A DNA stretch of 64,000 bases from Eledone cirrhosa (Eukaryota): NCBI GenBank assembly GCA_964016885.1, contig OZ024742.1, forward strand, positions 11,098,001 through 11,162,000, written 5' to 3'. A program made the translations under genes and the position numbers. The notes under the pieces were generated by a model. It did no database searches. It saw only the letters and a list, made by a program, of their open reading frames with translations, and was not told where the DNA came from. Every line of letters begins with the position of its first letter. Position 1 is the first letter of the stretch. Positions 56,916 through 64,000 of this stretch are shown here, piece by piece.

Positions 56916-58831
56916 TTACAATAACTTCATCCGTAAGGAATTGCATAAAAAATACAAGAAAACTAATGAAGCTACACTTAAAAACATCAACAACTCGGCA
57001 TGTGAAATTGTTAAAAAACTTTGTATTGACGATAGAACGCAACCCTTAACACCAGCTATACCATCCTTCAACCTGAAGGACCACAAGGTAAACTTCGATA
57101 CTAACCCTAAGATTAGACTTATATGCCCCTCTAAATCTGATATAGGCAAAATTAGCAAATATATACTAGACATAATTATCCCCCAAGTTAAGGTTAAAGT
57201 AGAGATTAAACTATGGGGTAACACTCACGAAGCAATAAGATGGTTTAATAACATTACTGATAAGAAAAAAATCAAAATTTATTCAGTTTGATATTGATGA
57301 ATATTATTCCTCAATTTCACCTGATACTCTACATGAAGCTCTTTCGTTCGCTAAGGCTAATTCCGACCTTACGGATGCTGAAATTAAAATTATTATGGAA
57401 GCGAGGAAAACTATAGTTAAATTCGATGATAGCTACTGGGTTCGCAAATTTTGATATTACTAATTTTGATATTACTATGGGTTCTAATGATTCGGCGGAA
57501 GTAACAGATCTTGTGGGAATTTATATCACCCACAGACTACAAGGAAAATTCAAGGATCTCCACGGTGGAATCTACCGTGATGATGCGCTCCTATTAGTTA
57601 AGCATATGAATAACCATAATTTAGAAAGGATGCGTAAAAATATCAGAAAGCTTTTTAAGGAACTAGGATTAAATATTACATTTGAATATAACCTCAAAGA
57701 GGTCAATTTCCTTGACGTTACTTTGAATCTCAATACAGATACGATTAAACCGTTCCATAAACTAAATGAGAACCTTAAATATGTAAATACGAGTTCTAAC
57801 CATCCACTCTCTATAATTAAATCCATCCCTAGAAATGTTTCTCTTAGAATCTCCCGCCTGTCGTCCAACCAACAAACCTTCAAAGAACATGCCGAATATT
57901 ATGATGATGCACTTAGGAAAGCCGGACACCTAGATAATATAGAGTATATAGTCGAAGATCACCAAAACACCCAAAATAAATCCGATAGGAGTAGAAATAG
58001 CACAGAATCACCACCATACATACACTACCGCAATAGACAGTAATAGTGGCACACCACCAAACAGAAGGCGATGTAAAGAGTATATTTGGTACAACCCGGT
58101 ATATAACAACTCTATTAAAACCAATCTACCCTCACAATTCTTTCGATTAGTTAAAAAACACTTTCCAACATCACACAAATATAATAAAATCTTAAACCCT
58201 AACACTATTCGACTTTCATATTCAACCGCCCCTAATATTGAACAACATATAAAAAAGCTTAACGCAAAACGGTTGTATAAACGCCTTCCAACACATAACA
58301 ATACACGTAAAACATTAGCTATAACATCACAAAACAACAAACAACATCCTGTCCTACCTAAGCAACCTCATCAACCCATCTATGACAATACAACAACGCA
58401 AAATTATAATTGCAACTGTGTCCAACCAGGAATGTGTCCGTTGAACAATCAGTGTCTTGAACGCAACATCGTATACAAATGTACTATCGAATCGGATAGA
58501 CAGAAGTGGTACTATGTGGGATCTACAGCCACCTCCTTCAAATCACGCCTTTATAGACATCGTTACTCGATAAAACATGAAAACCAGCGTTATGTAACAA
58601 CACTCGCAGACAAGGCTTCGCAGCTGCGTGAAAATAACCAACAATTTCACCTAAAATGGGATATAATAGCGGCCCCCCCCCCCATATTCCCACGGACAGG
58701 AATTTTGTAAATTATGTAATGTGGAATTATTTTGTATTATGAAATCCAAAAACATTTTATTAAATAACAGAATAGAGCGATCGTTATACTGTAACCATCG
58801 CTTAAAATCTACATTTTCATATTATAAATAC
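56916..58831 (+). pseudogene. Frameshifted PLE reverse transcriptase plus GIY-YIG endonuclease
   Basis: LKDHKVNFDTNPKIRLICPSKSDIGKISK, FIQFDIDEYYSSI, FDITMGSNDSAEVTDLVG, GIYRDDAL, VNFLDVTLNL, YVNTSSNHP, YIWYNPVY, CNCVQPGMCPLNNQCL, IVYKC..YYVGST. Several frameshifts and stops. Confidence 0.92.
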
Positions 58832-59328
58832 TACCAGGATTGAACGCCTGTCTCTATCTCCGTTTGATTGTCAAAATAGATATTAACATTCTCTATTAGT
58901 CTTAATTCTATCAACTCTTCTATTATTTACCATTTAATATAAACTGCTATAGATAAAATGAGATTTCTGATTTCTTAATTCAATTCCCTAATGCATATAC
59001 CAGCTGGCTACTAGCATTGTTGTTATTCAGCAGCAATCGAAATCTCCCCCTTCCCCAATTGACACTTTATAATTAATACTACTACACCAAATGACCAGCC
59101 CTGTCCACTGTCCAATTGGTCAAGTAGAGATTAAAATTGGCACTCCCAAAAATTCTTATTTAGATAAAATGAACCATTTACTCGTGGTATTCTCATTAGA
59201 AACCCTTTATATACTTGTTTACCAGTAAATTGAATTACCATCTGTCATATACTATCCCCTCTCTTCTTCCTCTATTACTAATATAAATACTTCAATTTTT
59301 CTGATTTTATCCAATTTATCCAAAATCT

Positions 59329-59437
59329 CTGAAGAAGTGACAACTGTTTATACATTTGCTATCGAATACTTGCTAACATTATATGATTACGCAAGCAGCG
59401 ATACATAGGTATTCCGTCTGTTACAGAAACATATGTC
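59329..59437 (+). ncRNA. Hammerhead-ribozyme-like motif in the PLE pseudo-LTR (degenerate); mirrored on the minus strand at about 56410-56518
   Basis: CTGAAGA at 59329; possible helix II gtgaca/tgttac; GAAACATATGTC at 59426-59437 with palindromic helix III. Helix I pairing is poor. Confidence 0.4.
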
Positions 59438-59699
59438 AATACCTAATAAATTCCTTTTCAAAAAAAGCACTTTCATTTTATATTCATCTTTTCTACATTT
59501 TCTCCGGAATATAATTTATACTCGTTGAGCAAACCTACACGTACGCTGTTCATCTCTAACGTAACGATATATTATCACTACATTATTGATAACCTGAAAT
59601 TTTATATATATATATATATATACTTGCAGTGTATCCCGGCGTTGCACAGGTAAGAACATTGGTGATAGCACCTCCAATGAGAAGCGTTTATTTGTGAGT

Positions 59700-59940
59700 G
59701 TCTTTTAAAAAATCGCGAACTGGACATGCTCACCGACATCCAGAGTTGACACTGCACTCAGTGCTCCTGTGGGAGCCCCTGCATGGACACACTGGAAGAA
59801 GAAGACCAAAGTTAACATATGTTGATGCCCTAAGGACTGACACTGGTCTGTTGGAGACGCAGGACATGGCAGCGATAATGAGGGACAGAGACTGCTGGAG
59901 AGGACTTGTCCATGGACCTCGGGAATTTTACCCGCACTAG
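59700..59940 (+). mobile_element. 3' end of an RTE-like LINE followed by a (TAGA) tail
   Basis: GHAHRHPELTLHSVLLWEPLHGHTGRRRPKLTYVDALRTDTGL..MRDRDCWRGLV. Confidence 0.8.
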
Positions 59941-60089
59941 ATAGATATATTTTTATGTGTATATTTATATATAAGTATATATGTATATATATATATGTGT
60001 ATATGTGTTTGTATATGTATGTATGTATATCTATACATACATATAAAAGTGAAATTGTCTCTGTCTGGGTGTGTGTCCTCATTTTTGCA

Positions 60090-60756
60090 CCGACAAGGAA
60101 GCACCAGAGATGTCGCAGCCTCAGCGCGTGTTTGCGCATAATCAGCCACAACATGTCCAGCCCTCCACGCAGCGGGTATTGACAGCAGATGGAGCGTCTG
60201 ACCATGGGAGCACGTCCCTTCCATGAAAAGCGGAAGAGGAGGCGCTCCATTTTTGTCAGAGTTGGGCCGGGGCAAGGCACAACAGTTAGGCGGTAGCAGA
60301 TGACGGATGCGATGAACGCATTCGCCACCTCTGCCCGACCTTTCAGGGATAGCTTCCTCTCGACCCATTTCTGGGTGAGAGAGGCCACCCTGTTGGTCAC
60401 CTCTCTCCATCTGGAGGTCCGGACCGAACCAGACCCCGAGCAATTTAACCGGTCCTTCTGTCCAGCGCCCAACAACGCTGTCGGGCGGCATGGACTTGCC
60501 TCTCCAGGTGCCGAGCTGCAAGCCACCGACTTTTCCTGGTTTAACTTTGTTCCTATCACTGCTTCATATTTCTTGAGAGCGGTGCCGAGCATCTGGACAT
60601 TTCCGGCACTTGACCGGGCCCGCTCTGATTATGCGCCTGTAGACTGAGAAGTGGAAAACTGAGAGAGGGCGCTTGCCCTGGTGGTCAGGGTGGCCGTGGT
60701 CTTTTGTGTCGTTTTCGCCACGAGTGACCCTCGGAAGTTTCCCCCCTATGGCGGAA
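60090..60756 (-). mobile_element. L1/Tx1-clade LINE ORF2 fragment (post-RT region), frameshifted
   Basis: YEAVIGTKLNQEKS, WTEGPVKLLGVWFGPDL, ERKLSLKGRAEVANAFIAS, FRFSWKG..RGGL. The segment 60600-60756 is not clearly coding. Confidence 0.75.
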
Positions 60757-61587
60757 TTTTTGAATTTTTTTGATATTTCTATCTTCTTATTATAACCTTT
60801 TTTATACGGCCAAAACCCACGCTGGAGAGAACTCGTCCATGGATCACGGGAATTTTACCCGTCCTAGATAGATAGATAGATTTTTATGTGTATATTTATA
60901 TATAAGTATATATGTATATATATATGTGTATATGTGTTTGTATATGTATGTATGTATATATGTATATATGTGTGTCACCAGTTGGTGCTAGTGGTAACAT
61001 GTATCCCAGTACAACCTGTCCCATGGTCGGGTCGTTGGCGACTAAACTGGCAACTCCAAAAAGGTTTCTTGGTGAGGAGGGTGATTTGGGACATACTGCA
61101 GGAATAAAAACAAAATCTGTCAAAGGGAAAAGGAGCTCTTAAGAGTCAATGCCCATCCAAAATCACCGGGAGAGATGACCCATTAGCCTTTGTCAAGGTA
61201 GAATTCTAGGAGAAGTAAAACTCTGATATAACACCTGCAACCCTGATGGTATCCAATGATGTTGACTTGTTCTTCTTTTTGGTAAATATCATCTTGGTTA
61301 AGAGAGTGGGACTGGTTTGTGCAGTGCATTTGCTCACTATAAAAGCTTCACGGCACAGGCATTGTTTTATATCTGGAGATCTCTCTGCCCTTGTCGTCAG
61401 ATGGTACCATGGGCCCAGCACTATGTGTCAATAATTGACACAAGTGTAGTGTTTGTACCAGAATTTTCAAGTCGCTGGCTGGACTAAAAAGTCACACTCG
61501 TTCAGCGCATCGGGGGGGGGGGGGGGGGGGTTCTCCTACATGGATATAAAGTAGTGGCCGTACTCGAAAACGAGTTGGCAGCCACCA

Positions 61588-61663
61588 TGTATGTATGTAT
61601 GTATGTATGTATGTATGTATGTATGTATGTATGTATGTATGTATGTATGTATGTATGTATTCA

Positions 61664-61728
<65 letters not shown>

Positions 61729-61790
61729 ACATGTATATGTATGTACACATATATGTGTGTGTATATGTATATGCGTGTATATATATGTGC

Positions 61791-61830
<40 letters not shown>
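61588..61830. repeat. (TATG)n/(TA)n compound microsatellite
   Basis: Direct reading. Confidence 0.9.
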
Positions 61831-61832
<2 letters not shown>

Positions 61833-63830
61833 TGGTAAAAGGAAAAGAAAATGCTGACAAATTGTTCCCAGTGAAAAATAGTTTAATTAGGAATAAGTAA
61901 AAATTAGTAATAAGTATTGGTTAGTATTCAGTTTTGGTTTTAAGTTTTTACCGGTTGCGCATTTCTAATGCTTTTCAAAAATAATTTTCAAATAGAGCGC
62001 CCGTCATGTTTGCTCTAATCTGATCAGTTTTGGAAATTCTACCTGTTTTATGTGAAAAAAGTGGCTCCAGATGTATTAAAATAAGTTTCGCGCCAATTCG
62101 TGTTGCAAAAATTATTGTGGTCAAACAATTTTGATTGGTCGGTAGAGGTCATGTGAATGTTAAAAACTGATTTTGCGCCAAATGTAGGTTTGTGTCGGCT
62201 GATTGAGAAGTCACTGAAAAATAAGTCTTTCAAGACAAATATGTGTGTGTGTGTAGTAGTAGTAAAGAGGTTCATTGTTTTGATAATGGTCAGTAGGGAT
62301 GTGTGTGTGAATTGCAGTTTGTTGACAGGTCAACAGATCAGGTGCCTATTAAGACAAGTGTGTGTGTGTGTGTGTGTGTAGCAGAGTGATTCGTGGTAGA
62401 GTGATCGGTCAGTAGGAATGTCTGTACGTGTGTGGGGAATATTTTAACATGTTAAAATATATTTTTCAGCTCTTGTCTTATACGGAGAAGTGTGTGTGTG
62501 TGTATATGTCTCTTTGTATGTTAGTGTACGGGTGTGTATGTGTGTGTGTATATATGTGTGTGTATGTGTGTGTGTGTAGGGTGGACCAGTATTTTTGTGA
62601 TACTGGTAAAAATGGTGTACATTATTCGATATTTTCAGTAAAAACGATTCTCTCAATAGAACATCAAAACATTAATAATAAAATGTGTGAAATGATATAT
62701 AGTATTGTCATAACGCCAAGGTGTGTGTGAATGTCCAGATTGTACGTACTGCAAGGGGAATCCATTAGGCCTTGCCGTATTGGAATACTTGTGTACAAAT
62801 ATGTATGTGCCCATCAGTGTGCAATGCATGTGTGCGTATATGTATGTGTGTGTGTCGGCACGTTTATATCTATAGACATCAAAAGGTATGCACATTTGTG
62901 TATATTTGTGTTGCACCATAGAACGTGTGTTTACGTATGTCATTGTGTTTATATGTAGATAGAGAGGTATGTAGGATGTATGCTGATGTAGGTATGTATG
63001 TTGACGTGTGTATGTTGTGGGTTCGTCTTAGGGAGAAGTGCTTAGACGGGGTCCGTATTTGTTAATAAAGTGAGATTCCTTGCTGATGCGCTGGGTGTGA
63101 GTGGCATTATCTTTAAATTTGTAGAGGGGAAAGATTCTCCGTATAAGACAAGAGCTGAAAAATATATTTTAACATGTTAAAATATCCCCCACACACGTAC
63201 AGACACATTCCTACTGACCGATCCCTCTACCACGAATTACTCTGCTACACACACACACACTTGTCTTAATAGGCACCTGAACTGTTGACCTGTCAACAAA
63301 CTGCAATTCACACACACATCCCTACTGACCATTATCAAAACAATGAACCTCTTTACTACTACTACTACACACACATACACATATTTGTCTTGAAAGACTT
63401 ATTTTTCAGTGACTTCTCAATCAGCCGACACAAACCTACATTTGGCGCAAAATCAATTTTTAACATTCACATGACCTCTACCGACCAATCAAAATTGTTT
63501 TGACCACAAGAATTTTTGCAACACCAATTGGCGCGAAACTTATTTTAATACATCTGGAGCCACTTTTTTCACATAAAACAGGTAGAATTTCCAAAACTAA
63601 TCAGATTAGAGCAAACATGACGGGCGCTCTATTTGAAAATTATTTTTGAAAAGCATTAGAAATGCGCAACCGGTAAAAACTTAAAACCAAAACTGAATAC
63701 TAACCAATACTTATTACTAATTTTTACTTATTCCTAATTAAACTATTTTTCACTGGGAACAATTTGCCAGCATTTTCTTTTCCTTTTACCAATATATCAT
63801 AACTCGTGTGTTACACCTCTATTCTTTTAA
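61831..63830 (-). mobile_element. Family-B PLE fold-back: minus-strand 5'-truncated copy (63138 to 61831) joined to an inverted ~660-bp 3'-UTR copy (63135-63794) plus a 33-nt tail, in (TA)n
   Basis: 61831-62489 is the reverse complement of 63135-63794. Minus 63138-63028 encodes RIFPLYKFKDNATHTQRISKESHFINKYGPRLSTSP*, resembling a GIY-YIG C-terminus (R..KE..FI.K..P.L). Confidence 0.75.
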
Positions 63831-64000
63831 ATATATATATATGTGTGTGTGTCTGTGTGAATGTGGCGAAGATAATACGTCAGCAATGACGTGTTGGTCA
63901 TAATGTCGTTATACAGACAGCCAGGCATACAGACATATATTCTAAGGTCTCGGCAGAGATGGATAACCGGCGCCTAGCACCCCTTTAACAACAGAAAATT

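Larger units (their letters stand above)
56353..59602 (+). mobile_element. Penelope-like element (family A, Neptune-like) with inverted composite left arm, flanked by (TA)n on both sides
   Basis: RT-EN remnant on plus strand 56916-58830. 56524-56893 is an inverted copy of 56916-57286. 56353-56523 is an inverted copy of 59324-59494. Confidence 0.9.

Noticed and set aside
60975-61500. Complex sequence possibly a LINE 5' UTR or an exon
   Set aside because: No recognisable protein motif or boundaries could be supported by eye

Overview
AT-rich, microsatellite-laden eukaryotic (metazoan) DNA. The SINE/LINE repertoire resembles a mollusc, probably a cephalopod such as Octopus; this is inference only. 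About 62% of the window (c. 13.66-53.5 kb) is one 49/51-bp tandem satellite of roughly 800 units with nested higher-order duplications. It starts about 20 nt from the splice acceptor of a putative minus-strand exon. The flanks hold two families of Penelope-like retroelements (PLEs). Three PLE insertions form head-to-head fold-backs inside (TA)n, each with a 3' tail on one arm only and hammerhead-like motifs. Also present: a hATm-like DNA transposon remnant, tRNA-derived SINEs, RTE and Tx1/L1 LINE fragments, 36-bp and 37-bp minisatellites, and a few candidate host exons. No intact gene, CRISPR array or structural RNA gene is supportable. Most ORF-track entries are repeat artefacts.
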